From a bacterium (GTDB lineage: Bacteria > Patescibacteriota > Minisyncoccia > UBA6257 > JAGOQP01), in the NCBI GenBank assembly GCA_021780615.1, contig JAJXYJ010000022.1, positions 809 to 64,808 on the forward strand: a DNA stretch of 64,000 nt, in the 5' to 3' direction. Made by a program: the position numbers and the translations under genes. The notes beneath the pieces were generated by a model. It was given only the letters and a program-made list of their open reading frames with translations, ran no database searches and was not told the DNA's origin. This document shows positions 48,285-58,685 of this stretch, one piece after another; position 1 is the first letter of the stretch; every line of letters begins with the position of its first letter.

Positions 48285-50828
48285 TTATTTTCCGCCACCA
48301 GAAGGGGTGGGGGAGGGGGTGGGGGTAGTGGGTCCTTTTTCTTCCTCAGCATAAGAACCTCCGATGACTGATGCAATGCTTTTTTCCATCTTCTTGCCAA
48401 GTGCTTTTATGGATTGCACCCGAGATTTTTGAAGTGTCTCCGCGATAGCGTCCATATCCTTGCCGGCAATATTAACTATAAGCTCAGTCGTGTATTCCTT
48501 TTCTATTTCCGTCTGAGCATCTCGAGCAAGACTCACAAAGAAGTTTTCAAGTTCTTCTTGCGTCTTTAACTTTGATGCCGTTGAATGCATTGCCTTTCCA
48601 GGATCTCTGCGAATTGCCTGAATATATGCATTGCGCACCTCTTCAGATTGTTTCTCGCTCATCCCGCTAATATCTTTATATTTTCCTGTTTCTTTATCAA
48701 GAGAAAAAGCCGATCCAGCCATATTATCGGCAATATCTTTCCAATCTTTTTCAGAAAATCCATTAAAAAATTTCTCTGATTCACTAGCAACTGTCGCGTT
48801 AGGAACCTCTTTTCCATCTTTATCTAAAGCACTTTGTCCTAAAAGAAGGCGTGCCATATTCAGATTCATGCCCCGCTTTTTTTCAATAGATCCCATTTCT
48901 TTAACTCGCCCCATCTTCTTCATATACTCGAGCGTGCTTACCATGTTTTGCGGAGAAATATCTATTCCTCCTATTTTATTCTTATCCGCAAGCATTTCAT
49001 ATGCGGCAACTTGCTGGCTCTTATTAAGAGTTGGTATTAATTTTTTAATCTGATCAGGACTCAAGTCTTTATTCTGTTTTTTAAAATCATCAATGTAAAC
49101 CTGAGACCCTTTTTCAGTCGTTGTCTGTGTGCGAGACATACCACGAGCCAATCCTCCAAAAGCCATTTTCCCCACAGGTCCCTTCGATCCCCATGAGGTT
49201 ATAGTGCTTTGAACACGTTGTCCTGACTTACTCTTAAGCGCCCCTGAGGTGACGCGATCCCTCCCCCATTTTGCACCTGTCTGTGCTTTTGTTTTTGCCC
49301 ACTTTCCCGTTTTATCAGCAAAATTGAGCGCCATCTTTGATCCACCATATCCCATTTTTTGAGCCATCTTAAGTCCACCAATAAGCATGGCAACTGCGAT
49401 AAGTGATGTCATGAGACTTCCAAAGGAAAGACCTGTGTTGAAAAATTGCGTCGCCCCGCTCATCGTAGTAGCAACTTGTTTTGAGTATTGTGAAAATTGA
49501 TTCATTACTGCAATAGATATATATAAGAAGAGCAGTAGTGTTGGGGCGTAGAGTGACCAATGAATAAACGTATCCCACCACTGTTTCCAATATTTATTAG
49601 TACTGGGAAACACCCACATCAACCATACCAGTGGAGCAACAATAAGAAGGAATGAAAGATAAAAATATCGCATAAAAAGCATCCCCGCCATACCAATGAG
49701 CGTCAGAAATATAATAAGACCAAAAACAATAAGTATCACCATCGCAAGCAAGTCTCCTAAGGTGGCTCCAAAAAGATTATGAATAAAATTGGCGGTTGGA
49801 CTATATCCACTTATCATACCCGAAAAACCAAAAGAGTCTCCAAGTTTTGCAACAGCAGTAGAACTCATACCGGGAGTGCCTAAGGGACTTGGACCCGCAA
49901 TAAAACCAAGCAACCACGCTGATATGGAATTAGTTATTTTAATAAAAATACCTCCAATCAAAAGACTAAAGTTAACCAAAAGCGCGGCAATAATAAGTTT
50001 CCATAACAAACTCTGCATCTGATAACTTTTATTGCGTAAAATAGTGGCAATCGCAATAACAATAATTCCCAACACAAATCCAAGATTGGCAATATCACGA
50101 AAAATAGTCCATCCCGTAATAATAAATGGTGGTTGAAAATTTAATATAGAATCATTAAATGAAAGAGCCGCTTGTATAAGGTATCCCGCAAGCGTAATAA
50201 ACGCACTTACAATAATAAGAATTAAATATAGTATTGTCTGAATAACAATTCCCACAAGAGGAATAGGGGTATCCGCAACATTACTCTTAGTATTATTTGA
50301 CGCAGACGCAGTACTATTCAATTTTTGATTCTCCGTACCAATTGCAGCATTAATCGCATTAATACGATCTTGAACCGCTTTTATTTGTGCGGGCGTTGCA
50401 TTATCTGGTAATTGCTGTTGGTCACTTTCCGCCTTTGTAAGTAAGCTTTGTAACCCTGCTTGATCACAATTACTCAAGTGTTGTTCATCACATGGGTTTG
50501 TGATGTTAACATTTTTTTGAGCATTTTCAATAAGCTTGAGTTGATTTATAAAATCAGCCTTTGCTGCTAATTGTTGAGGGGTTCCAGGCGGATTATTTAC
50601 TATAGCAGATTCATTAATTAAAGCCTGTTCAGTAATACTATTATGTAACTGACTTAACTGGTCCGCAGTACACTGATCTAGATGCTGAACATCACAAGAA
50701 GGAGTCGTCTGCGCGGATGCAAACTTTAGCGTACCAAATGTCATAAAAATAATGACGCCAAAAACCGCTACCCACATAAGAATGCGAGCACGGCGAGATG
50801 TATGCATGGTATTAGTAAATAAAGTCAT
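48285..50828 (-). CDS. VirB6/TrbL-like polytopic membrane protein
   Basis: GWTIFRDIANL, LIIAALLVNFS, RYFYLSFLLIVAPL, KYWKQWW; T4SS context. Confidence 0.7.
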   Translation of the reverse strand: MTLFTNTMHTSRRARILMWVAVFGVIIFMTFGTLKFASAQTTPSCDVQHLDQCTADQLSQLHNSITEQALINESAIVNNPPGTPQQLAAKADFINQLKLIENAQKNVNITNPCDEQHLSNCDQAGLQSLLTKAESDQQQLPDNATPAQIKAVQDRINAINAAIGTENQKLNSTASASNNTKSNVADTPIPLVGIVIQTILYLILIIVSAFITLAGYLIQAALSFNDSILNFQPPFIITGWTIFRDIANLGFVLGIIVIAIATILRNKSYQMQSLLWKLIIAALLVNFSLLIGGIFIKITNSISAWLLGFIAGPSPLGTPGMSSTAVAKLGDSFGFSGMISGYSPTANFIHNLFGATLGDLLAMVILIVFGLIIFLTLIGMAGMLFMRYFYLSFLLIVAPLVWLMWVFPSTNKYWKQWWDTFIHWSLYAPTLLLFLYISIAVMNQFSQYSKQVATTMSGATQFFNTGLSFGSLMTSLIAVAMLIGGLKMAQKMGYGGSKMALNFADKTGKWAKTKAQTGAKWGRDRVTSGALKSKSGQRVQSTITSWGSKGPVGKMAFGGLARGMSRTQTTTEKGSQVYIDDFKKQNKDLSPDQIKKLIPTLNKSQQVAAYEMLADKNKIGGIDISPQNMVSTLEYMKKMGRVKEMGSIEKKRGMNLNMARLLLGQSALDKDGKEVPNATVASESEKFFNGFSEKDWKDIADNMAGSAFSLDKETGKYKDISGMSEKQSEEVRNAYIQAIRRDPGKAMHSTASKLKTQEELENFFVSLARDAQTEIEKEYTTELIVNIAGKDMDAIAETLQKSRVQSIKALGKKMEKSIASVIGGSYAEEEKGPTTPTPSPTPSGGGK

Positions 50829-50837
50829 TGTAACTTG

Positions 50838-52562
50838 TTATGTCCGTGCCTCACAATAAAATGTATTATCGCCCGGATACATAGGGTATGCGGGAACAGA
50901 AAGTCCGGTTAAAACATTCTGCAACACATTGACTAGCGTTACGGATCCTCCACTGGTCCCTGGCCCATTTCCTGCATTAGCCGCTTGCTGAATCACAGCG
51001 CTTGAAACCAGATCACTATATTGTGTCGTAAAAGTATTAAAATCATTTTCTACCGTACTCAGAAGTTGTGCAGAGGTGGTAGCGCTTTGTAAATCATCGG
51101 GAGTAATCGCCTGCACTACTGCTACATTTTTTTGAGCAATCGGAAGTGCCTGATTAATAGAAGTCAGTAAATCGTTAAAATATCCATTATGTGCAACCGC
51201 TGTTGCTGACGTAGGAAATCCTTGGAGTGGATAAGGAACAAGATCTCCAAGATTTGCATACGCTTGTGTCTTATTTAAATCATCATAGCGCAGATATCCA
51301 TAGTTTGGCGGTCCAATTGCCTGATCGCTCCCCCACGCTTGATTTGTCACAAAGCGATTGAAACAGAATTTTACCGCATTAAGCGCCATGTCATTTCCCT
51401 GTGTCGCCAAATTCTTAAGTGTTGCAAGATAAGAAATGATATTAGTATAGTTTTTTATAACGCCATTAATGGCATTCTGATTTTGTTGTATCTGCTGATC
51501 GCGAGATCCCTGTGTGAGATTTGAGTAATCCAAAGTAACGCCTCCGCCAGAGGATGGACTACTTTGAAGCAACCCCTGGCCGGCATTAAAGACTTTACCA
51601 ATAACCACATTTACCAGGGCCGATATGACACTTTGCACATTGGATGCATAGTCGAAATTACTCAAAACTCCTTTTGTTGCCGCCTGCGCCGCCACTTCTC
51701 CGGGGGTCACTGTTTGGTTCTGCGTACAGTAGGTGCTTTCCATACTTTTCCATTGCGCATCACTGTCTTGTCTGTTACTTGTTCCTCCTGTTTGAGAATT
51801 AACCTGCCATCCCGCATCAAGGAATGCCTGCTCACTATGAAGAGTTGTTCCATCCAAAGGACTCTGCCAAGCAACGCATTGTTTCACATCCAAAAATCCA
51901 TTTGATGCCGCCGCCTCACTTTGTGCCGCTTGTTGATTTTGTGCCGCGGTTGCCATATAGGCATTTTCTAACGTTAATGACATGCCAAAATAATTATTTT
52001 CGGGATAAAACAATTGTTGAAAAGAAAGCCACCCTCCCTTTTGTATGAAATCCTGCGTATTCTTCAAGTTTGCTTGAAAATCCTGATAACGACACTGTAC
52101 AGGAAGCCCTAAATTATTTTGAGCATATTGCGATGCAAATGAAAGTTGTAATTCAGGAGCAAGAGGGGCACACAAATTAACTCCTTGTGTTTTAAGATAG
52201 TTGTTTACCGTATCAAAGGCGATATCTCCTGATTTTGCCAAATACCCTTTCCAATCAGTCACAAAAAGAGGTTTCCCCCCATTTTGAATAGAATTAACAA
52301 TCTGGTTAGTCATATCATCAACGATGCGCTTGACGATTTGATCGCGCAATGTTTTAAGCCCTTCCTCAGCAGCCCATTGAGCAATATCCGCAAGATGACT
52401 TGTTACCAATTGCACAAGCTCTGTTGGATTAAAAACAACCCATTGAGCATTGGTTTGCAAAGGAGAAAACACCATAGTGGCAACAAATATACCCAAGAGT
52501 ACTCCACCAATAATCTGACGAGATGATTCCTTTAAAAAAGTTTTAATAACTTTAGTCAGCAT
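50838..52562 (-). CDS. secreted hypothetical protein of the T4SS-like cluster
   Basis: Signal peptide then QWVVFNP (VirB5/TrbJ-like start); paired cysteines; TVTPG motif. Confidence 0.6.
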   Translation of the reverse strand: MLTKVIKTFLKESSRQIIGGVLLGIFVATMVFSPLQTNAQWVVFNPTELVQLVTSHLADIAQWAAEEGLKTLRDQIVKRIVDDMTNQIVNSIQNGGKPLFVTDWKGYLAKSGDIAFDTVNNYLKTQGVNLCAPLAPELQLSFASQYAQNNLGLPVQCRYQDFQANLKNTQDFIQKGGWLSFQQLFYPENNYFGMSLTLENAYMATAAQNQQAAQSEAAASNGFLDVKQCVAWQSPLDGTTLHSEQAFLDAGWQVNSQTGGTSNRQDSDAQWKSMESTYCTQNQTVTPGEVAAQAATKGVLSNFDYASNVQSVISALVNVVIGKVFNAGQGLLQSSPSSGGGVTLDYSNLTQGSRDQQIQQNQNAINGVIKNYTNIISYLATLKNLATQGNDMALNAVKFCFNRFVTNQAWGSDQAIGPPNYGYLRYDDLNKTQAYANLGDLVPYPLQGFPTSATAVAHNGYFNDLLTSINQALPIAQKNVAVVQAITPDDLQSATTSAQLLSTVENDFNTFTTQYSDLVSSAVIQQAANAGNGPGTSGGSVTLVNVLQNVLTGLSVPAYPMYPGDNTFYCEART

Positions 52563-52568
52563 GATAAA

Positions 52569-53381
52569 TTATTTCATAATCGTTTTAGCATCTTGTGAAA
52601 CAACATCCCATTGCGACGACAGCTGTGGCAAATATTGTAGCGCAACATATGCACTTAAAGGATCAGTAGATTCGTTACGGAGCGCATTAAAAACAATCAC
52701 CATATTTTCAAAAAAGAGTACGTTCTCTTTATGGAAAGATAAAAATGCACGGGGAACACTCATGGTCAGTAACCCATCACGTATATTTTGATATTTTTGA
52801 ATCAAAGTATCAAGGGCTGTTGTGTCTCCTCCACTAAAAGAGCTGTTGAGAGCAGAAATAATTTGTACCTGGGAAAACGCAGAAATACTCGAAAGATATC
52901 CTGCGTACGTTTGCTTGTACATTGTTATATCACTTGATGATGCGCCATCAATAATATGAAGGGACGAATCATTAATGGATGTCTGTATGCCGATGGCCGA
53001 TGGTGTTAATTGACCCGAAACATCCGAAAGATTTTGAAATTTCCCCGTCTGAATTTTACTGAGAAGCGAGGGTGTATCAGTTGCTCCTTGTTGCACCAAC
53101 TGTGATACAAACTGGCTTTGTAAATCAGTTGCTACCTGTTGAGTCAAATTACTTGGTTGCGGAGAAGCTGCTAATAACACCGTAGAAGATCCGGTATTGT
53201 ACGTATTAGAAAGAATATAGGGAGATGATGTTGCCACCACAGAGATGTGACCCGGGGATGTGGTGTTATGAGAAGTAGCACCAGAAAAAACCCACCCCTC
53301 TAAAAACCAATAACCGACAAATACAATTGCCGCAATAAAAAAAATGAGAAGGTATTTTTTCTGAATATCATACATAACCAA
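52569..53381 (-). CDS. membrane-anchored hypothetical protein
   Basis: N-terminal TM; AAGGAGG and TATACT upstream; first gene of the cluster. Confidence 0.6.
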   Translation of the reverse strand: MVMYDIQKKYLLIFFIAAIVFVGYWFLEGWVFSGATSHNTTSPGHISVVATSSPYILSNTYNTGSSTVLLAASPQPSNLTQQVATDLQSQFVSQLVQQGATDTPSLLSKIQTGKFQNLSDVSGQLTPSAIGIQTSINDSSLHIIDGASSSDITMYKQTYAGYLSSISAFSQVQIISALNSSFSGGDTTALDTLIQKYQNIRDGLLTMSVPRAFLSFHKENVLFFENMVIVFNALRNESTDPLSAYVALQYLPQLSSQWDVVSQDAKTIMK

Positions 53382-53415
53382 ACAGCGCTACGCCTCCTTA
53401 TAGTATACAAGGAAA

Positions 53416-54198
53416 TCACCAAGAAGAAAACTCTTCAAACAATCGCATAAGCAGTGCCGGAGAAAGAAGGTGCGGACGAGACGAGGGGGCAACACCTACG
53501 CGATCCAAGAGAGCCATCAGCGCCGCACGATCGGGAATAATATGTATAAGATTATTAAAAATTGTTTTCCGCGGTTGTTTAAAAAGCGCGCGAATAAAAA
53601 TATAGTATTGTTGAGCCAACTCCTGCGTACCACGAGACGGAATTCCCTCAAAAACCACCACCGCTGAATCAACTTTTGGAGGCGGATTAAAAGCTCCGCG
53701 CGCTACACGCATATCCAAGTGAGGCTGTGCCCACCACAGCACCGACGAAGCCAAAAGATTAAGCGCCCCCTCAGAAGCCACAATCCGTTCGGCTACTTCT
53801 TTTTGCATCAAAAGAACAGTCCGCTGTGGCCGATAAGAAAGCTCTCCAATAACACGCAATATATGTCCTGTTATGTAGTAAGGAATATTCCCCGCAACAG
53901 CATACTCACTGCCACGTTCTTGATATGCTTTGCTCAGCAAAGGAAGTTCATGCAACGCATCGCCGTGCACAACACGCAATCCATTTAAAGACGTTGTCAC
54001 AAGAGTATGGGCAAGCGCATCATCTTTTTCAATAGCCGTCACCTGATGCCCACGCGCAAGCAACGCGTGCGTCAGCTCCCCGTGCCCGGGACCAATCTCA
54101 ATAACAGGCAATGGAACGACGCCTACCGCATCAGCAATAGCGGCTAACACACGTTTATCCGTAAGAAAATGTTGCCCAAGAGATTTTTTTGCGAACAT
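53416..54198 (-). CDS. rsmA: 16S rRNA m6,2A dimethyltransferase
   Basis: KKSLGQHFL, IEIGPGHG, GNIPYYIT, QKEVAERI, FNPPPKVDSAV. Confidence 0.96.
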   Translation of the reverse strand: MFAKKSLGQHFLTDKRVLAAIADAVGVVPLPVIEIGPGHGELTHALLARGHQVTAIEKDDALAHTLVTTSLNGLRVVHGDALHELPLLSKAYQERGSEYAVAGNIPYYITGHILRVIGELSYRPQRTVLLMQKEVAERIVASEGALNLLASSVLWWAQPHLDMRVARGAFNPPPKVDSAVVVFEGIPSRGTQELAQQYYIFIRALFKQPRKTIFNNLIHIIPDRAALMALLDRVGVAPSSRPHLLSPALLMRLFEEFSSW

Positions 54199-54279
54199 AA
54201 TGTGGTTACAATTTGAAATTTTTCCTGCCTGCCAGCAGGTAGGAATCAAATCTTAATTTTAAATTAAAAATTCTCACGT

Positions 54280-56070
54280 CTATTCGTACACAATGTACTG
54301 TTCATCCTCATCAGGAAGTTCTCCGCGATCAAAAAATACTTGTTGAGGAGGAAGTTCGTACAAGAATCGAGACGCTACACTATAAAAATGAAGTTGCAGT
54401 TCACGCCGTGCCCGTGTCATTGCCACATACATCAATCGGCGCTCTTCCTCGACGTCTTCTGGGGAAAAAAGCGATCGCTGATGAGGTAATGTGCCCTCAT
54501 TAACACCCGCAACAAGTACTCCATCAAACTCAAGTCCTTTGGCTACATGAATGGTCATTAAGTTAATAACCGGAACCCCCTCGTGCCGCTGAGCACTGCG
54601 CAACGACTGCGCATCAAGCGTATCAGCCAACGACACTCGTTCAAGAAACGATGCGGCGTCGGAAAAATGTTGTGCAAACGCCATGAGTTCCTGTATGTTT
54701 TCGGCGCGATCAGAGGCGTTATCATATTTTTTATCCAATCGATTCATAAAATCGGCGGCGGTGACAAACGCACGAAGAATATCCAAAGGGCGCGTCTCAG
54801 AAGTATAGCCGGACAACTTCTCCCGTACCGCGGCGGCGAGACGTTTGCCAAGATTTTTTTCCAAGCGTATAAAACTCAATGTGTCCTGCGGATTACACAC
54901 CATGCGCACTCCGGCAATAATATCTTTAATTTCTTGCCGATCATAGAAACTCACCGTCCCAAAGATCTGGTAGGGTACCTGGTGCTCAATGCACATCTGC
55001 TCCAACGCACGAGACTGTGCGTTCGTGCGATACAAAATACCCACTCGCATACCGCTCTTTTGCATGCGCTGAGCTTCATCCAATATGGCATCTGCTTGTG
55101 AAAATTCATCACGATGCTCAATGACGCGCACCGGTGATCCAATTTCATTTTCCGTCCACAAATTTTTCTTCTTTTGCACTTCGTTGTGCGCAATGAGCGC
55201 CGACGATGATTCAATGATTTGCTTCGTAGATCGATAGTTCTGCTCAAGCATAATGACCAGTGCCTTGGGCCATTCGCGCTCAAACTGTAAAAAATTGCGA
55301 AAATCAGAAAATCTGAATTTATAAATAGATTGTGCATCATCACCTACTACCATCACATTTCCATGTGATGCGGCAAGCAATTTTACCAAAAGATACTGCG
55401 CGGTATTTACGTCTTGATATTCATCAACTAAAATATAACGAAACATTGCTTGATATTTTTCTCGCGCCCCCGCATCATTGCGCAGCAACCACACGGGCTT
55501 ATGAATAAGATCATCAAAATCAAATGCATTATTATCTTTGAGCGCCGCTTCATATCGGGTAAATAAATCCCACACCGTTTCATCATGAGGACTCCGCACA
55601 TATGCCGCCGCATCTATATATTCACTTTTAATACGAGAAAATTGTCGCGCCAACGACGCAGGAAGAAGGTAGGGACTTTTAGGAAGATCTGCAACGAGTC
55701 GCTTAATAAGTCGTTGCGAATCATCGCTATCAAAAATAGAAAACGCATTTGTACGAGAAAATCTCTTTGCCTCATGGCGCAAAAGCCACGCACCAAAAGA
55801 ATGAAACGTTCCCACAAACGGATCACCCTCTCCCTTAAGGCCGTGCGATGCAATTAATTTTTCAACCCGCTCCTTCATCTCCCGTGCCGCCTTGTTAGTA
55901 AAGGTAATTGCCAAGATTGCCTGCGGTGGCACCTGTCGTTGAGAAATAAGATATGCAAGCCGCGCGGTAAGCGTTTTTGTCTTACCAGAACCCGCTCCCG
56001 CCACCACTAAAATAGGACCATCAGGAGCATACGCCGCCTCTCTTTGTTTATTATTTAAATCAGAATTCAT
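54280..56070 (-). CDS. pcrA: UvrD/PcrA family DNA helicase
   Basis: AGAGSGKT, TFTNKAA, VDEYQD, GDDAQSIY, LEQNYRS, TIHVAKGLEF, EERRLMYVAMTRA. Confidence 0.93.
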   Translation of the reverse strand: MNSDLNNKQREAAYAPDGPILVVAGAGSGKTKTLTARLAYLISQRQVPPQAILAITFTNKAAREMKERVEKLIASHGLKGEGDPFVGTFHSFGAWLLRHEAKRFSRTNAFSIFDSDDSQRLIKRLVADLPKSPYLLPASLARQFSRIKSEYIDAAAYVRSPHDETVWDLFTRYEAALKDNNAFDFDDLIHKPVWLLRNDAGAREKYQAMFRYILVDEYQDVNTAQYLLVKLLAASHGNVMVVGDDAQSIYKFRFSDFRNFLQFEREWPKALVIMLEQNYRSTKQIIESSSALIAHNEVQKKKNLWTENEIGSPVRVIEHRDEFSQADAILDEAQRMQKSGMRVGILYRTNAQSRALEQMCIEHQVPYQIFGTVSFYDRQEIKDIIAGVRMVCNPQDTLSFIRLEKNLGKRLAAAVREKLSGYTSETRPLDILRAFVTAADFMNRLDKKYDNASDRAENIQELMAFAQHFSDAASFLERVSLADTLDAQSLRSAQRHEGVPVINLMTIHVAKGLEFDGVLVAGVNEGTLPHQRSLFSPEDVEEERRLMYVAMTRARRELQLHFYSVASRFLYELPPQQVFFDRGELPDEDEQYIVYE

Positions 56071-56288
56071 CGTGATACTATAGCATACATCATCATGTCA
56101 TAAAGCACATCATACACACACATCGCATAGCATCCACACTCTAAAAATTACCATCATTATTACCATCATCTCCACCATCATTATTATTATCATTATTACC
56201 ACCACCCCTACCACCATCATTATTATTACCACCACCCCTGCCACATCCATATACACCCCCTCACTCACACACACCATACACATACACC

Positions 56289-56347
56289 ATATATTCAATA
56301 TATTGAAGATAGTCTCAATTTCAAACGATCGTAAAAATTGAGATAAT
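56289..56347. repeat. 59-bp direct repeat, copy 1 (palindromic core)
   Basis: 56313-56347 is identical to 57015-57049; 56289-56301 is identical to 56991-57003. Confidence 0.92.
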
Positions 56348-56368
56348 TTTTACAGATAATAAATGATG

Positions 56369-56950
56369 TTATTTATGTTGTTGAGTGTGGACATGTTTAT
56401 ATTGAAGAGTTCCCTTTCCCGACAACTCTATAATTTCCACATATTGAACAATGTCCAAATCACGCAAATGATGCAAAAAAGACGACGGTATTTTTGTGCT
56501 ACCAATCCACACACTTCGCCGAAGAAAGGTAAATTCCAAAGTCTTAAGCGCTTCACGTAGCCACGCCCTATATAATTTTTTACTTTCAGGAATATCAAAG
56601 ACAATAACAATGGGAGTCTTTGTATAACAAATATTATACGAACATTTTGGAAGCATATTTCTCTTTTTTGTAAAAAACTGTTTAATACATGCAATTCCTT
56701 TTTTTGTTATAGACATATCAGAAGAAAGTAAGCCATCTTTTCTGAGACGTGACGACATAACCGCGTATCGACGCTTTAATATACGAAATTCATCACCGTC
56801 ACCATAATCCCTACCACTCTCCTCGAGCGTATGTACATTCGCCCATAATTGACGCGTGGAACCAGCCGAAAAAAGAAACGCCTCAAAAGCACTTGAAAAT
56901 TTTCTACTTTGCACATTTTTTAAAAAATCAACCTTAGAAACCCTTCTCAT
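56369..56950 (-). CDS. PaaX-like protein: winged helix plus Cas2/VapD-like ferredoxin-fold domain
   Basis: SRLRKDGLL...ITKKG; IVIVFDIPESKKLYRAWLREALKTLEFTFLRRSVWI. Confidence 0.8.
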   Translation of the reverse strand: MRRVSKVDFLKNVQSRKFSSAFEAFLFSAGSTRQLWANVHTLEESGRDYGDGDEFRILKRRYAVMSSRLRKDGLLSSDMSITKKGIACIKQFFTKKRNMLPKCSYNICYTKTPIVIVFDIPESKKLYRAWLREALKTLEFTFLRRSVWIGSTKIPSSFLHHLRDLDIVQYVEIIELSGKGTLQYKHVHTQQHK

Positions 56951-56990
56951 ACCATATTAAGTAAAAACATCGCCATAACATCATATTCAT

Positions 56991-57049
56991 ATATATTCAA
57001 TATTATGAACATTATCTCAATTTCAAACGATCGTAAAAATTGAGATAAT
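56991..57049. repeat. 59-bp direct repeat, copy 2 (palindromic core)
   Basis: ATTATCTCAATTT-caa-ACGATCGT-aa-AAATTGAGATAAT. Confidence 0.92.
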
Positions 57050-57098
57050 GAAAGATGGCTACTAAAAACCATCGTAGATAATAATTCTTGCCACATTA

Positions 57099-58649
57099 TT
57101 ATGCGGGCAGATTTGATGGCATTCGATATGAGAATGCTTCCTGTACACACACGTCATCAACAACATCTTTGTCGTCAATGTCAGCAATTGTCTGCGCTAT
57201 TTTAAGAAGCTTAAAATAGCCACGCGTAGAAACATGTGCTTGATCCAAAAGAACATCAAGCATTCGTTGCGCTGAAGGAGTCACACGCACACATCGAGTT
57301 GCATCTTTAGATGAAAGGCTCCCGTTCATTTGTGCATGCACACCAGCCATATCATACCGTGCCGCCTGTTTCATGCGCGCCGCGGTAACCCGCGCGCGCA
57401 CGTATGCTGACGTCTGATGATCATCGGTAATTGCCGCACGCAAATCATCCGAAGCAATTCGCCCAATCCACACATGTAAATCGATTCGGTCCAAAAGTGG
57501 TCCGGATATTTTTTTATGGTACCGAATAATATCATACGCACTGCATGTGCATGCTCGCTTATCATCTTGATAGTAACCACAAGGACAAGGGTTTGCCGCA
57601 GCCACTAAAAGAAAATCAGATGGAAACACCACTGTATTTTTTGATCGCGCAACATGTACTACGCGATCCTCAAGAGGTTGTCGCAATGACTCAAGAACAT
57701 CCCGATGAAATTCAGGAATCTCATCCATAAACAACACCCCTCGATGCGCAAGACTAATTTCTCCAGGACGAGGATTTTGACCACCCCCAACCAACGACAC
57801 CAATGAAGCACTGTGATGCGGCGCACGAAAAGGACGGCGAGTAATAAAAGGTTGTCCTACTAAAAGTCCCGCCGCGCTATACACCCCCGTAATCTCAAGC
57901 GCTTCAGCAAAAGAAAGCGGTGGTAAAATAGAAATAAGTGACTGTGCAAGCATTGTCTTTCCCGCTCCCGGGGGACCTGAAAAAATAATATTATGTCCTC
58001 CGGCCGCGGCAATAGTCAGTGCACGTTTTGCCGCATCATGTCCACGCACATCAGCCATATCAACTCCTCCAACATCTACCCCGGGAATAAAAGGCGATGC
58101 CTTACAGGCATCGATAGGATTTTTCCCTTCAAGATGTTCAATAAGTCCTCCGAGTGAATCTAATGGAATAATTTGTATGCCATCGATAAACGCAACCTCG
58201 GCACAATTGTGCCGAGGAATGTATGCCACCAAAAATCCTTTTTGGCGAGCCATGAGGCAAATATTTAAAATACCCGGAACGGGACGTACCGCGCCATCAA
58301 GAGCAAGCTCTCCAACAAAAAGAGCATGAGCCACATCGCTCTGTCCGATTTGTGCTGAAGATATAAGATATCCCAACGCAATCGCCACATCATGTAACGA
58401 CCCATTCTTTTTAACATCCGCCGGAGCAAGATTAACCGTTACGGTACGATTTTCACTCGTCGGTGGTTTACAGTCAGTATTTTTTAACGCAGCCGCCACA
58501 CGCTCCTTGGCTTCAGATACCGCCTTATCAGCAAGTCCAACGATAGAAAAAGAAGGGAGCCCCACATGCATATCCACTTCAACCTCAATAACACGAGCAG
58601 TAATCCCTTCAACTTCTGCAGAAAAAATTTTTGCGACCGCGTGACGCAT
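57099..58649 (-). CDS. comM: YifB/ComM family AAA+ ATPase
   Basis: VNLAPAD, GPPGAGKT, RPFRAPHHSAS, GEISLAHRGVLFMDE, NPCPCG, SGPLLDRID. Confidence 0.93.
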   Translation of the reverse strand: MRHAVAKIFSAEVEGITARVIEVEVDMHVGLPSFSIVGLADKAVSEAKERVAAALKNTDCKPPTSENRTVTVNLAPADVKKNGSLHDVAIALGYLISSAQIGQSDVAHALFVGELALDGAVRPVPGILNICLMARQKGFLVAYIPRHNCAEVAFIDGIQIIPLDSLGGLIEHLEGKNPIDACKASPFIPGVDVGGVDMADVRGHDAAKRALTIAAAGGHNIIFSGPPGAGKTMLAQSLISILPPLSFAEALEITGVYSAAGLLVGQPFITRRPFRAPHHSASLVSLVGGGQNPRPGEISLAHRGVLFMDEIPEFHRDVLESLRQPLEDRVVHVARSKNTVVFPSDFLLVAAANPCPCGYYQDDKRACTCSAYDIIRYHKKISGPLLDRIDLHVWIGRIASDDLRAAITDDHQTSAYVRARVTAARMKQAARYDMAGVHAQMNGSLSSKDATRCVRVTPSAQRMLDVLLDQAHVSTRGYFKLLKIAQTIADIDDKDVVDDVCVQEAFSYRMPSNLPA

Positions 58650-58685
58650 ATACTATCATCTACCACGCAACGCTTTTAATAATAG

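Noticed and set aside
48304-48332. G-quadruplex-like run
   Set aside because: It is the reverse complement of a PTTPTPSPTP coding tail.
56313-57049. CRISPR-Cas locus (35-bp repeats plus Cas2-like protein)
   Set aside because: Only two repeats, separated by a whole gene; no cas1 or effector; the protein has an N-terminal wHTH typical of PaaX-like proteins.
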